Shown here: positions 33,431-43,796 of the stretch, one piece after another | Position numbering within the stretch: position 1 is the first letter of the stretch | Layout of the letters: each line of letters begins with the position of its first letter | DNA from: a virus | IMG/VR virus record: IMGVR_UViG_3300045988_037140 | Location: 11,143-75,142 of that record | DNA length: 64,000 nucleotides | Direction: 5' to 3' (one strand) | Notes under the pieces: model-generated | The model's database searches: none | What the model saw: the letters and a program-made list of their open reading frames with translations, nothing else | Told to the model about the DNA's origin: nothing | Program-made: the position numbers and the translations under genes

Positions 33431-33664
33431 GTGGTTTTATTGGTAAATATTTTAATTGGAGTTCTCCTTATCACAGTAGGTGCCACCTTACTCAATAGTA
33501 TTAGTGAAATTATAAGTGCTATTACAGAACTTATTAAAGCTAATATAAATGAAAGGATTGTTCGTCACAATGTTACGATTAATAAACTTAGTGAAGGAGA
33601 AACTCAATCTAGTGCAATCGGATTTGCCACTACATACGAAGAGGAAGATGAACATGAACTATGA
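33431..33664 (+). CDS. small membrane protein
   Basis: GTG start; 77 aa. Confidence 0.3.
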   Translation: MVLLVNILIGVLLITVGATLLNSISEIISAITELIKANINERIVRHNVTINKLSEGETQSSAIGFATTYEEEDEHEL

Positions 33665-34922
33665 TGTACGGTTTCCAACAGATAGATACTTCTACGATAC
33701 TTGCTCCCTTTTGTTGGCCGGAGAAAGTCTATTTGAGCAGGACAAGAAGCCCTTCTTAGTTTCCTCAATTACATTAAAAGAATTAGAGAGAATTAAGACG
33801 GCTTCAAATAAGGATGCTGACATCAAGTATTCAGCTCGTCTATTGCTTCATTTGTTTGAAGAATATCCAGATAAGTATGAAGTAATCCCGCACAAAGTAG
33901 ACAATGAGTCCGTAATTAAAGAAGCGGGTTTCGATGTTACTGATGATACTCGCATCTTGTCTGATGCCATTGCGTGCGACAAAGAAAAAGATATTGTCTT
34001 TGTAACTAACGATTTAAGTCTAAAGCATATCGCTAACTGCTTCTTTGGTAATGGAATGATTGAGAGCGTTCCAGAAGAAGTAGACGATTATACTGGTTAT
34101 ATTGAAGTTACTTATAGCGACGAAGCTCTAGCAGAGTTTTATCAGAACCCGAACGATAATTCCTTTAACCTATTACCAGGACAGTATCTTATCCTGAAAA
34201 ATAGCAATGGAGAGATTGTTGATTTGCGGGTTTGGACAGGCGAAGAGTTCAGATACCTTTCTTCTAAGACCATTAACTCTAAGTGGTTTGGTAAGATTTC
34301 TCCATACTCTGGAGATATTTATCAGAAGATGCTATTTGATAGTTTGCGTAATAACAAGCTAACTCTTGTTAAAGGTCCAGCTGGTAGCGGTAAGACTTTC
34401 GTTTCTCTGGCTTACTTAATGGCAAAAATGGAAGCCCATGAACTAGATAAAATTATTATCTTCTGCAATACTGTTGCTACTGCTAACTCTGCTCGTCTCG
34501 GATATTATCCGGGAACAAAAGATGAAAAGCTACTTGACTCTCAGATTGGTAACTTACTAAGTAGTAAGTTTGGTGGTCGAGAGGAAGTTGAGAGACTGAT
34601 CGCAGAAGGTAAATTAGTTTTACTACCATTCTCTGATATTCGTGGTTATGATACTTCTGGTATGAACGCAGGTATCTATATTTCTGAAGCTCAGAACCTT
34701 GACCGCACACTAATGAAACTCGCTCTACAGCGTGTTGGTGAAGATTGTATTTGTATTATTGATGGTGATGAAAAAACTCAAGTTGATGACATTCACTTCT
34801 CTGGTGCAAATAACGGTATGCGGAGGGTATCAAAAGTATTCAGAGGTAAGAATATTTATGGAGAGGTAACTCTTAAGAATATCTATCGTAGTGAGATTGC
34901 GTCTATCGCTGATAAAATTTAA
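33648..34922 (+). CDS. PIN-domain + PhoH-like ATPase (PhoH2-type, GPAGSGKT)
   Basis: ATG 33648. N-terminal PIN-like acidic residues; Walker A LVKGPAGSGKTFV; PhoH core. Confidence 0.6.
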   Translation: MNMNYDVRFPTDRYFYDTCSLLLAGESLFEQDKKPFLVSSITLKELERIKTASNKDADIKYSARLLLHLFEEYPDKYEVIPHKVDNESVIKEAGFDVTDDTRILSDAIACDKEKDIVFVTNDLSLKHIANCFFGNGMIESVPEEVDDYTGYIEVTYSDEALAEFYQNPNDNSFNLLPGQYLILKNSNGEIVDLRVWTGEEFRYLSSKTINSKWFGKISPYSGDIYQKMLFDSLRNNKLTLVKGPAGSGKTFVSLAYLMAKMEAHELDKIIIFCNTVATANSARLGYYPGTKDEKLLDSQIGNLLSSKFGGREEVERLIAEGKLVLLPFSDIRGYDTSGMNAGIYISEAQNLDRTLMKLALQRVGEDCICIIDGDEKTQVDDIHFSGANNGMRRVSKVFRGKNIYGEVTLKNIYRSEIASIADKI

Positions 34923-34960
34923 TAATAAGGTCGAGGGAGAAATCCCTCGACCTATTTTTA
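34923..34960 (+). terminator. rho-independent terminator
   Basis: ggtcgaggga-gaaa-tccctcgacc followed by tattttta. Confidence 0.55.
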
Positions 34961-34983
34961 TACCCTAATTGGAGGTGAGGTCA

Positions 34984-36390
34984 TTGGCGGATAATGCTCA
35001 AGTTATTTGGGATTATCTCAAATCAAAAGGATTAAGTAACTGCGGCGCCGCAGGTCTAATGGGGAATCTATTCGCGGAAAGTGGACTTATTCCAACTAAC
35101 TTATAGAACTCATATGAGAGCAAGTTAGGAATGAACGATGCCTCGTATACTGCGGCTGTTGATAATGGCTCCTATACCAATTTCACGCATGATTCTGCTG
35201 GATATGGTTTAGCTCAATGGACATATTGGAGCCGCAAGCAAGGTCTGTTTTAGCTGTGCAAAAGTCGAGGAAAGTCTATTGGTGACTTGAACACTCAACT
35301 AGATTTTTTATATCAGGAACTAACTACAAGTTATTCCTAGCTATTAAAAATCTTGAAGACTACCTCATCTGTTGAAGAAGCATCTAATTTAGTGGTCACT
35401 CAATTTGAAAGACCGGTAGATCAAAGCTTTGATGCACTAAAACAACGTGCTTTATATAGTCAACGTTACTTCAATACTTATTCAACGCAAAAGGAGGAAA
35501 TGGCTAAGATGAAATATTCAAACGCCAATCAACCATTGGTTTGCATGATGACCAATAGTACCTGTTATAAGCAAACCCGTAAAATGGATATTAAAGGTGT
35601 ACTCTGGCATAGTACAGGCGCCAATAATAAAACTATTAAACGTTATGTCCAACCATCTGAGAATGATAAAAATTATCAATCTCTGATTGCTAAAATTGGT
35701 AAAAATACCAGTAGAACCGATTGGAATCATAGCTCGTAGCAAGCAGGCGTAAACGCTTGGATTGGTGCTCTTGCAGATGGAAGCGTAGCCGCGGTACAAA
35801 CGTTGCCTTGGAATTATAGACCTTGGGGCTGCGGCTCAGGCCCTAAAGGTAGTTGTAATACTGGATGGATTCAATTTGAAATTTGCGAAGACAATCTAAG
35901 TGACCCCAACTACTTCGCTAAAGTCTACAAAGAGGCTTGCGAATTGACCGCCTACTTATGTAAGACATATAATATCAATCCAAATGGTTCTGTAAATGTA
36001 AATGGCGTAATAGTCCCAACTATTCTTTGCCATCAGGATAGTTATCAGCTTGGTCTTGGCAGTAATCATGCCGATGTATACCACTGGTTCAAGAAATATG
36101 GCAAAGATATGGCAACTGTCCGCAAAGATGTTGCTGCTTTAATGCAGTCTAAAGTTATCGAGGAGGATGATGAAGACATGACTCAAGAGAAATTCAACGA
36201 AATGATGAATGTATATTTAAGCCAGCTTGCTGCACAACCAGTTACTTGGGAACAAGATGCAATGACTTGGGCACAAGCTAATGGCTTAATCAATGGCAAT
36301 GAAAAGGGCCAATTAATGCCAAAGCGTTTTATGACTCGTGGTGAATTTGCAGCCGTTCTAAAACGTTATGCTGAAAAGAGTGGTCAATAA
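34984..36390 (+). CDS. modular endolysin: phage-lysozyme2-type N-terminal domain (GAAGLMGNLFAESG) + central domain + C-terminal SLH cell-wall-binding domain; four in-frame TAG codons
   Basis: TTG start 8 nt after ggagg. In-frame TAGs at 35104, 35251, 35338 and 35737 join the ORF-track pieces 35353-35739 and 35803-36390 in one frame. C-terminal WAQANGLINGNEKGQLMPKRFMTRGEFAAVLKRY is an S-layer-homology motif. Confidence 0.65.
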
Positions 36391-36716
36391 TGACTCGTCA
36401 AACAAGAGGGAAAAGAAGACACAACTAGAAGAGAGAATTTTCTAAACAACTTATTTGCGATATTCGCTCTTTATTGTGGATTGTAACTATCTCTGGTATT
36501 GCTCTTGCTTTCTATTGCGTACATCTCGGTTATTTAGGCACTCTTCCATGGATTAGTGCATTAGTAGGATTGCCATGGTCTGCGCATGGTATTGTTTGCT
36601 CTTTTTACTTAAACATGAGTAAATCCGATCACCGCAAGGGTGGGATTACTTATGATTTAGCTATGTGTGAGAAACAATAGCAGCAAGTAGTCGAGGATGA
36701 AGCAACCATTTAATAT
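36390..36716 (+). CDS. holin (two TM helices) with a possible N-terminal KR-rich extension read through TAG (antiholin-like dual start?)
   Basis: ORF-track core 36474-36680 (two TM). ATG 36390 overlaps the lysin TAA and is in the same frame through TAG 36426. The TAG at 36678 extends the C-terminus by QQVVEDEATI to TAA 36714-36716. Confidence 0.5.
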
Positions 36717-36718
36717 TA

Positions 36719-36762
36719 AAGGCTTAGTAGACTTAATAGTCTACTAAGCCTTTTCTTATTTT
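36719..36762 (+). terminator. rho-independent terminator
   Basis: ggcttagtagact-taat-agtctactaagcc followed by ttttctt. Confidence 0.55.
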
Positions 36763-36853
36763 AAGCTTGATTTTTCATAAAATATATGGTATTATATATT
36801 CAGAAATAAAAAAGGAGAACTTAAAAATAAATGAAGTATTTGAGGTATAGCGA

Positions 36854-37357
36854 ATGATAGTGATATATACAGACGGCTCAACCTTAAAAAATGGCGCGAA
36901 AGATGCAAAAGGTGGTTTTGGAGTTGTAGTTTGTGAAGCTGAACCACACCAAGACCCGTCAACCTATAAAGTTGTCGCGGCGTATTCTGAACGCGCAGAT
37001 GGCACCACAAACAATAGAATGGAAATGTCCGCAATCTTGTGGGCATTAACCCATTATGGCGCGAAAGACGGTGACTTCTTCATTCCTATTGTTTATAGTG
37101 ATTCTATGTATTGCGTAAATAGCTTCACTAATTGGATTAAGAATTGGAAGGCAAATGGCTGGGTTCGTGCCGGTAATAAACCCTTAGAGAATAAGGACTT
37201 AATTCTCGAATATGATAGATTAACCACTAAAGAAGGATTACAGGTTGATTTAAGATATGTAAAAGGGCATAATGGAACGCTGTTTAATGAGCTTGCTGAT
37301 CAGTTAGCAACAGGCAAGATTACAGAACAGCAAGTATTAGATATGTATGGAGGTTAA
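36854..37357 (+). CDS. rnhA: ribonuclease H (RNase HI)
   Basis: IYTDGS...GGFG, MEM.A...AL, YSDS.Y, W..W..W, GH.G...NE.AD.LA motifs. Confidence 0.7.
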   Translation: MIVIYTDGSTLKNGAKDAKGGFGVVVCEAEPHQDPSTYKVVAAYSERADGTTNNRMEMSAILWALTHYGAKDGDFFIPIVYSDSMYCVNSFTNWIKNWKANGWVRAGNKPLENKDLILEYDRLTTKEGLQVDLRYVKGHNGTLFNELADQLATGKITEQQVLDMYGG

Positions 37358-37359
37358 AT

Positions 37360-39258
37360 ATGGGAAAACTATATGACGAGAAATCAATCGAGTCACTTTC
37401 TCCATTAGAGTTTACAAGACTGCGGCCTGGCGTTTACGTCGGTAGCACTGAGTATTCTACTCAGCTATTGATTGAGATTGTATCTAACGCGGTCGATGAA
37501 TTTAAAGCAGGTCATGGTAATAAGATTATTGTTACCATTAAGAATGATAATACGATTATCGTAGAAGATAACGGTCAGGGATTTATTCCTAATGCTAAGC
37601 GCGACGATGGTAAGACTGTACTTGAAGCATCCTTTAGTGTGCTGAATACTTCTGGTAAGTATTCTGACGATGGCGTTTATGAGGGTACTGCTCTCGGTCT
37701 GAATGGTATCGGTAGTAAGCTGACGACTTATCTATCTCATTGGCTTGAGGTAATTACTCATCGAAATGGTAGATATGAGCATATCTGGTTCAAGGAGGGT
37801 GTCTTTGACAAGCGAGACGTCGGTGTATGGGCTAATAAGGATCATCCTTCTGGTACTTTAGTCCAGTGGCAACCTAATGAAGAGTTCTTCACGCATCCAG
37901 AAGTAGATATGCCAGTTATTATCAATCTTTTCAAGGTAATTGCGTGCCTGTGTCCCGGTTTGACTATCGAGTTGAATAGAGAGGGACAACCGCAGGTTAT
38001 CTTCGCTTCTAAGAATGGTCTTATGGACTTAGTAGATGAAGCAGTTAAAGGTAAGGAAATCTTGAAGAACCGCTTAAACTTCAATTTTTCTGATGGCAAG
38101 AACAAGTTGGATTTAGTTCTGACCTATACAAATGCTTATTCTGCGACCATTGTTCCTTATGTAAATACCGGTCTTACAGATTCAGGTCCGCATATTACGC
38201 AAATTAAGACCATCCTCACAAGAGAAATGAATAAGTTCTTCCGTGAAAAAGGGTGGCTAAAAGATAAGGATGAAAACCTTACTGGTGAGGACTGCCAGGA
38301 AGGTATGTATATTGCCTTCAATGTGACCGCTCCAGGCGTCGCGTATGATGCTCAGACCAAGAGTAGAGTTGTTAAGTTGGATATGAAACCTTTTACCGCG
38401 GCGATCGCTGAGGAACTCCAGTATTGGTTTGCCGCAAACGAGAAAGATATTAAGGGAATCGCAGATAAGGCGCTTAATGCTCGTAAAGCTAGAGAAGCTG
38501 CTCGTAAGGCAAGAGACGCGGCTCGTGGAGTAAAAGCGAAAAAGGAAACTGGTCTTAAGGCGAAAATGCAAATCAGTAACAAGTTTATTGATTGCACGAA
38601 TAAGAATCCTAAAAATCGTAACCTTCTTCTTGTAGAGGGCTTGTCAGCAGGTGCATCTGCGGTGGAGGCCCGCAACCCCAAGACTGACTGCATCTATATG
38701 TTGCGAGGAAAGATTGTTTCTCCGCTGAAAACTGCGGTAGATAAGATTCTTGCGAATCAAGAGATGTCAGATATTGTACGTGTAATTGGCGCTGGATTTG
38801 ATTCTTCTTTTGATGTCAACAAGATGAATTTTGACAAGATTGTCATTACTTCCGATGCAGATAGTGATGGCGCAGACATTGAGCTTCTGCTTATTACTTT
38901 CTTCTATACTTATATGCGGCCTCTTGTGGAAGCTGGTAAGCTATACAGGGCTGTAACTCCATTGTATATTATTCGTCAAAAGGGAAAAGAGTATTACTGT
39001 TATTCTGAAGATGAATTAACAGAGTGGAAGAATAGTCATAGCGGCTCGTATGATTTACTGCGTGCTAAGGGCCTTGGCGAGTTGAATCCTGAAGATTTGC
39101 AGAAGGTCTGCTTTATGAATGAGAGATATAAGCGTATTTCTATCTCTGACGCAGAGAAAACCACAGAATTACTCAATATTCTAATGGGTAGCGCGGTTGA
39201 ACCTCGTAAACAGTATATCTACGACAATGCTAACGAACTCGGTTTCAATTTTGAGTAA
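37360..39258 (+). CDS. type II DNA topoisomerase, ATPase/Toprim subunit (GyrB/ParE; T4 gp39-like)
   Basis: GHKL ATPase N-terminus, Toprim (LLVEGLSAG), DxD motif. Confidence 0.7.
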   Translation: MGKLYDEKSIESLSPLEFTRLRPGVYVGSTEYSTQLLIEIVSNAVDEFKAGHGNKIIVTIKNDNTIIVEDNGQGFIPNAKRDDGKTVLEASFSVLNTSGKYSDDGVYEGTALGLNGIGSKLTTYLSHWLEVITHRNGRYEHIWFKEGVFDKRDVGVWANKDHPSGTLVQWQPNEEFFTHPEVDMPVIINLFKVIACLCPGLTIELNREGQPQVIFASKNGLMDLVDEAVKGKEILKNRLNFNFSDGKNKLDLVLTYTNAYSATIVPYVNTGLTDSGPHITQIKTILTREMNKFFREKGWLKDKDENLTGEDCQEGMYIAFNVTAPGVAYDAQTKSRVVKLDMKPFTAAIAEELQYWFAANEKDIKGIADKALNARKAREAARKARDAARGVKAKKETGLKAKMQISNKFIDCTNKNPKNRNLLLVEGLSAGASAVEARNPKTDCIYMLRGKIVSPLKTAVDKILANQEMSDIVRVIGAGFDSSFDVNKMNFDKIVITSDADSDGADIELLLITFFYTYMRPLVEAGKLYRAVTPLYIIRQKGKEYYCYSEDELTEWKNSHSGSYDLLRAKGLGELNPEDLQKVCFMNERYKRISISDAEKTTELLNILMGSAVEPRKQYIYDNANELGFNFE

Positions 39259-39272
39259 TAAGGAGTGATTTT

Positions 39273-41636
39273 ATGAGTTTAATTACAGAAGTTGATATTC
39301 TTGATGAAGCTAAAGATAACTTTCTAACTTATGCAGAAGAAGTTCTAACCGATCGTGCGATTCCTGCCGCGGAAGATGGTCTCCTTAGCGCTCAGCGAAA
39401 GATTCTTTGGACTATGGAAAGTTATCTAAAGATGGATAACAAGAGCAAGACTAAAAAGTGTAATGCCATTATTGGCTCTACTCTGGCAACCTCTTACTTC
39501 CATGGCGATATTGCCTGCTATGGTGTTCTGCGGAAGATGGCGCAGGAGTTCCTCATGCGCTATCCTCTTGTTACTGGCCAAGGACAGTTGGGCACGCAGG
39601 AAAATAACGATATGTTCTCGTCTTCCCGTTATACTGAGGCTAAGCCTTCTAAGTTTACCGATTTGATGATGAATGACTTTAGTAAGAATGTTGTTCCTAC
39701 TAAAGAGACTTATAATGGTGAGTTCCAAGAGCCTGTCATTCTTCCCTCACTATTCCCTAACGCAATCTGTAACGGTCGTCAGGCAATCGGCATTTCTATG
39801 GCGCATAACTCCGCTCCGCATAATCTGACAGAGGTATGTAATGCTGCTATTGCTTTGATTGAGAAGGGTGACCTGACTATTGATGAAGTCTTGTCTTATA
39901 TCCCCGGTCCAGATTTCCCTCTCGGTGGTACAGTTCTTAACATTAAGGATGTGCGGACAGCTTTTGCATCCGGTAAGTCTAATATTTCTCTGAAAATTCA
40001 GGGTGATTATGAGATTGATGGACAGGATATCGTCTTCACTAGTATTCCTTATCGTACCTACCGCAATAAGATTAAGGAGCAGATTGAGAAGAATATTGAT
40101 GTTCTAAGTGAGCTGATTGATGACTTTGATGATGAGTCTAATATCGGTCAGAACAAGTTGGTATTCCATGTAAAAGATGGAGTGTCTGTATCTAAGGCAT
40201 TGAATAAGTTATTCTTGCTGACAGATTTACAGTCTACTTTATCCTATAACATGAATTATATTGTCAATGGTACTCCAAAACTGTGCTCTATGGTTGACTT
40301 GCTTCACGCTTATGTTGACCATCAAGAGGAAGTTCTTGTCAACGCCACGACTTTTGATAAAGAGAAAGCTGAAGCAAGAGCACATATCCTTGAGGGTCTG
40401 ATTGCCGCAGTTGATAAGATTGATGAAGTAATTGCATTGATTAAACAATCTGCGGGACGTGCTGATGCGAGAATCAAGCTAATGGATTTCCTCTCTGTTG
40501 ACGAAGTGCAAGCAAACGCAATCCTCGATATGAAGCTCGGCAAATTAACTCGTATTGATAAAGAAGAATTAGTCAATGAGTTAAAAGAAAAGAAAGAGTT
40601 TATTGCTAAGTGTATTGAAATCTTAACTAATAAGGAAGTAAGAAATAAAGTTTTAATCTCTAAGATTACTCAGTTAAGAGACACTTATGGCGATGCTCGT
40701 AGAACTAAGTTGCTTAATACAGACATTCCTAAGCAAGAGAAAGAAGTAGTCGTTGTTGAGCCGAAAGATTGCGTAGTTGTAGTGACTAAAAAGAATACTA
40801 TTAAGCGTATTGATGCTAAGAACTTCAAAGCTCAAAAGCGTAATACTACTGGTGTTAAAACCGGTGATATTGTTCTCTTCTCGCAAAAAACTAATACACA
40901 AGATACCTTGATGGTATTCTCCTCTAAGGGCAAGATGTATCGTGTATTAGTGGATAATATTCCAGAAGGTACAAATGCGTCTAACGGAACGCCTATCTCC
41001 ACTCTAATTGAGTTTGAGAATGGCGAGAAACCTATGGCATTTACAACAATGACCAGAGATACTGACAAGAAGTTTATCTTCTTTGCCACAAAGAATGGTA
41101 CTATCAAGAAGGTTCCCCTTGATGAATATGATAAGATGAAGCGTACTGGTATTATCGCTATCAGTTTTAAAGATGGTGATGAACTTGCAGATGTTACATT
41201 TATCAATCAAGAGCAGATGTTATTGGTAACAAAGAATGGCATGGCTATTCGATTTGGAACCGCGGAAATGCCTATCTCTTCGCGCACAGCGCAAGGTGTT
41301 AAGGGCATGAAACTAAATGATGGCGACAGTGTAATCGCGGCATTGCCGATCGTGGATCCCGCAGATTATCTCGCTATTGTTTCCAAAAATGGCTTAGGTA
41401 AGAAAATGCAGATTGATGAACTTACTTTGCAGAATCGTGGAGGCAAGGGATTACTCTGCTATAAGGGAGAAATCGCCGGAGCGGAGATTATCAAAGAAAG
41501 TGATAATCTCCTTATCAATGGCGACAAGTCTTCTATTGTTATTAGCGGTAAAGATATTCCCACTCTTGGGCGAGTTTCCATGGGCAATATCATGCTGAAG
41601 AACAACGAACAAGTGATTTCTATTACGCAAGTATAA
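39273..41636 (+). CDS. type II DNA topoisomerase, cleavage subunit (GyrA/ParC; T4 gp52-like)
   Basis: QRKILW..., active-site Tyr context SSRYTEAK; 787 aa. Confidence 0.7.
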   Translation: MSLITEVDILDEAKDNFLTYAEEVLTDRAIPAAEDGLLSAQRKILWTMESYLKMDNKSKTKKCNAIIGSTLATSYFHGDIACYGVLRKMAQEFLMRYPLVTGQGQLGTQENNDMFSSSRYTEAKPSKFTDLMMNDFSKNVVPTKETYNGEFQEPVILPSLFPNAICNGRQAIGISMAHNSAPHNLTEVCNAAIALIEKGDLTIDEVLSYIPGPDFPLGGTVLNIKDVRTAFASGKSNISLKIQGDYEIDGQDIVFTSIPYRTYRNKIKEQIEKNIDVLSELIDDFDDESNIGQNKLVFHVKDGVSVSKALNKLFLLTDLQSTLSYNMNYIVNGTPKLCSMVDLLHAYVDHQEEVLVNATTFDKEKAEARAHILEGLIAAVDKIDEVIALIKQSAGRADARIKLMDFLSVDEVQANAILDMKLGKLTRIDKEELVNELKEKKEFIAKCIEILTNKEVRNKVLISKITQLRDTYGDARRTKLLNTDIPKQEKEVVVVEPKDCVVVVTKKNTIKRIDAKNFKAQKRNTTGVKTGDIVLFSQKTNTQDTLMVFSSKGKMYRVLVDNIPEGTNASNGTPISTLIEFENGEKPMAFTTMTRDTDKKFIFFATKNGTIKKVPLDEYDKMKRTGIIAISFKDGDELADVTFINQEQMLLVTKNGMAIRFGTAEMPISSRTAQGVKGMKLNDGDSVIAALPIVDPADYLAIVSKNGLGKKMQIDELTLQNRGGKGLLCYKGEIAGAEIIKESDNLLINGDKSSIVISGKDIPTLGRVSMGNIMLKNNEQVISITQV

Positions 41637-41687
41637 GAGAAAGAATGGGTATACCCATTCTTTCTCTTAGTTGACTTTTCTTTTTAA

Positions 41688-41722
41688 TTATTATAATATA
41701 TTTATATAAGAAGAAAGGATTT
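41688..41722 (+). promoter_or_regulatory. phage consensus promoter + leader
   Basis: aattattataatatatttatataagaagaaagga. Confidence 0.4.
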
Positions 41723-41731
41723 AATTATTAT

Positions 41732-41965
41732 ATGAGTGCATTTTTAGTTGGACTAATTACTGTAGTAGCATTTGTATTGCGTGAGATAGTAAGAATTGGA
41801 TGTATAGCTTTAAGTATAAGTATTGTTATGCAACTTATAAACCTTCCCGACGAGGAAAAATCCGCCCAATGGTCTAGGATATTTTGGATAGAATTTACCA
41901 TAAGTTCTATTTGTACTCTTGGCATTTTTGCTTGTGCCGGTTTAATGTCACTGCTCGCGGGATAA
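41732..41965 (+). CDS. small membrane protein
   Basis: 77 aa; 2-3 TM. Confidence 0.4.
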   Translation: MSAFLVGLITVVAFVLREIVRIGCIALSISIVMQLINLPDEEKSAQWSRIFWIEFTISSICTLGIFACAGLMSLLAG

Positions 41966-41979
41966 GGAGTTTGCAATAA

Positions 41980-43191
41980 ATGAGTTTTGATAAAAGTAAG
42001 ATACATGAGTTGTATCCTGAAGCAGAAAACTTAATGATTGAGCCAATGCTTATTTGGAAGTTGCCTGCGGGAAAGGAATCTATGCTCTCTGAAGTATGTT
42101 CTAATGGGGAATATTTCCTTGAGGAGAAAATTGATGGAGCATTTTATCAGTTTGTAAAAACTGAAAACCATTCTTATCTTTTTGGTCGCACAGTAAGTAA
42201 ACTATCTGGTATCCTTACAGAAAAAAGTGACAATGTACCTCACTTAAAAGAGGCATTGAACTGTCTTCCCGCAGGAACAATTCTCATTGGAGAAATTTAT
42301 GTTCCCGGTGGTACATCGAAAGATACTGTAAGTATTATGGGATGTTTACCTGCTCTTGCTATCAAGAGACAAGAGAAGGAACCAATCCATTATTATGTGC
42401 ATGATATTATTGCATATGATACAGTCAATCTTATTGACTCACCTGCGGATTTGCGCTATAAAATTCTTGCGGCAATCTGGAAGAAACATGATCTCAACCA
42501 GTATAGTTTCTTAAGACTTGCCACTCGCGTCGATGAAGATATGGAGGCTGAAATCTCTCGTATCTTAAAATCTGGCGGCGAAGGCGCGGTCTTAAAGAAG
42601 AAAGATTATCCATATACTCCCGGTAAAAGACCTGCATGGTCTACAATCAAAGTTAAACAGATGGATTCTATTGATTTAATTTGCACTGGATTTTGTGATG
42701 CTACAAAGGAGTATACCGGTAAAGAGTTGGCCTCTTGGGAATATTGGGAAGAGACAGAACCCTCATTCTATGATTGCTTTGAGGAAGATCATTGCTTTGG
42801 CGGATGGTGTAATCCTCGCTTGGTTGAGGGTAATCTATATGCGAAGTATCTCAATAATCCTCCAGTTAATGGTTTTAGCTGGTTGGATGAAACGGATAGA
42901 TTTTATACTCCTGTAACTAAACCTTATTTTCTTGGCTGGAAAACCGCAATTAGGATTGGTGCGTACAATGATAAGGGTGAACTTGTTGACTTAGGTACAG
43001 TTAGCTCTGGATTAACTGATGATAACAAAAGAGAAATGACTGAGAATCCCGATTTGTGGCTTGGTCATGTTGTAGCTCTTGATTGTATGCAAATTGATAA
43101 GAAAGAGCATACTTTGCGACATCCTGTCTTCAAGTGTAAAAGAGACGACAAGGATGCAAAAGATTGCGTAATATCAGAAATTTTTTGTTGA
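41980..43191 (+). CDS. ATP-dependent DNA ligase (motif I EEKIDGAF)
   Basis: KxDG adenylation motif plus downstream ligase motifs (ILIGEIYV..., GEGAVLKK). Confidence 0.65.
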   Translation: MSFDKSKIHELYPEAENLMIEPMLIWKLPAGKESMLSEVCSNGEYFLEEKIDGAFYQFVKTENHSYLFGRTVSKLSGILTEKSDNVPHLKEALNCLPAGTILIGEIYVPGGTSKDTVSIMGCLPALAIKRQEKEPIHYYVHDIIAYDTVNLIDSPADLRYKILAAIWKKHDLNQYSFLRLATRVDEDMEAEISRILKSGGEGAVLKKKDYPYTPGKRPAWSTIKVKQMDSIDLICTGFCDATKEYTGKELASWEYWEETEPSFYDCFEEDHCFGGWCNPRLVEGNLYAKYLNNPPVNGFSWLDETDRFYTPVTKPYFLGWKTAIRIGAYNDKGELVDLGTVSSGLTDDNKREMTENPDLWLGHVVALDCMQIDKKEHTLRHPVFKCKRDDKDAKDCVISEIFC

Positions 43192-43250
43192 CTTAAAAAA
43201 TATTTTCTGATATAATATATATGTAATTCAGAAAAGCAATAGTAAAAGGA
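43188..43250 (+). promoter_or_regulatory. sigma70-type promoter TTGACT-17-TGATATAAT + leader
   Basis: ttgact at 43188 and tgatataat at 43208 with a 17-nt spacer; followed by atatatgtaattcag leader. Confidence 0.55.
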
Positions 43251-43258
43251 CAGATTGT

Positions 43259-43459
43259 ATGACCCGTAAACAGATGAAGCGGTTCGCAGATGAAATCTAT
43301 AAATGCGAACTTATTCACCAAGATGAAAATTCCTCAAAAGAGGAAAAAGCCCACGCAGAAGACCGAATTATGCAGTTAACTAACTAGATTATGGCTCTTC
43401 CCGATGGGATAAATGCTTTACTGGAAATTGATGCTTTAATTGCATCGAGAATTAAATAA
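43259..43459 (+). CDS. hypothetical small protein with one in-frame TAG (or two short ORFs)
   Basis: ATG 43259; TAG 43385 in frame; continues to TAA 43457-43459. Confidence 0.3.
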
Positions 43460-43483
43460 TACATTTTAGAGGAGATTAGTACA

Positions 43484-43747
43484 ATGGCTATGAAGGAAAA
43501 TACTCGTAAGGTTTTTGATTATCTAAAGGACAATACTGACAAGGATCTAACTGCCGCTGATGTGGCTGAAGCTCTTGGTCTTGAGAAGCGCCAGGTTGAT
43601 GGTATTTTTACCTCTGCTCTGCAGCGCAAGGACTATGGTGTGCGTGAGCCCGCTGAGGTTGAGCTTGCCGATGGCTCCCATCAGAAAGTTAAGTATCTTC
43701 GCTTGACTGACAAGGGCTTGGCTTTCGATCCTGACGCCCAGGAGTAA
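43484..43747 (+). CDS. hypothetical protein
   Basis: 87 aa; RBS ggagattagtacaATG; a terminator follows. Confidence 0.4.
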   Translation: MAMKENTRKVFDYLKDNTDKDLTAADVAEALGLEKRQVDGIFTSALQRKDYGVREPAEVELADGSHQKVKYLRLTDKGLAFDPDAQE

Positions 43748-43751
43748 TAAA

Positions 43752-43790
43752 TTAGATCGGTAAGAGGATTATGCCTCTTACCGATTTCTT
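43752..43790 (+). terminator. rho-independent terminator
   Basis: atcggtaagagg-attatg-cctcttaccgat followed by ttctttt. Confidence 0.55.
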
Positions 43791-43796
43791 TTACTT

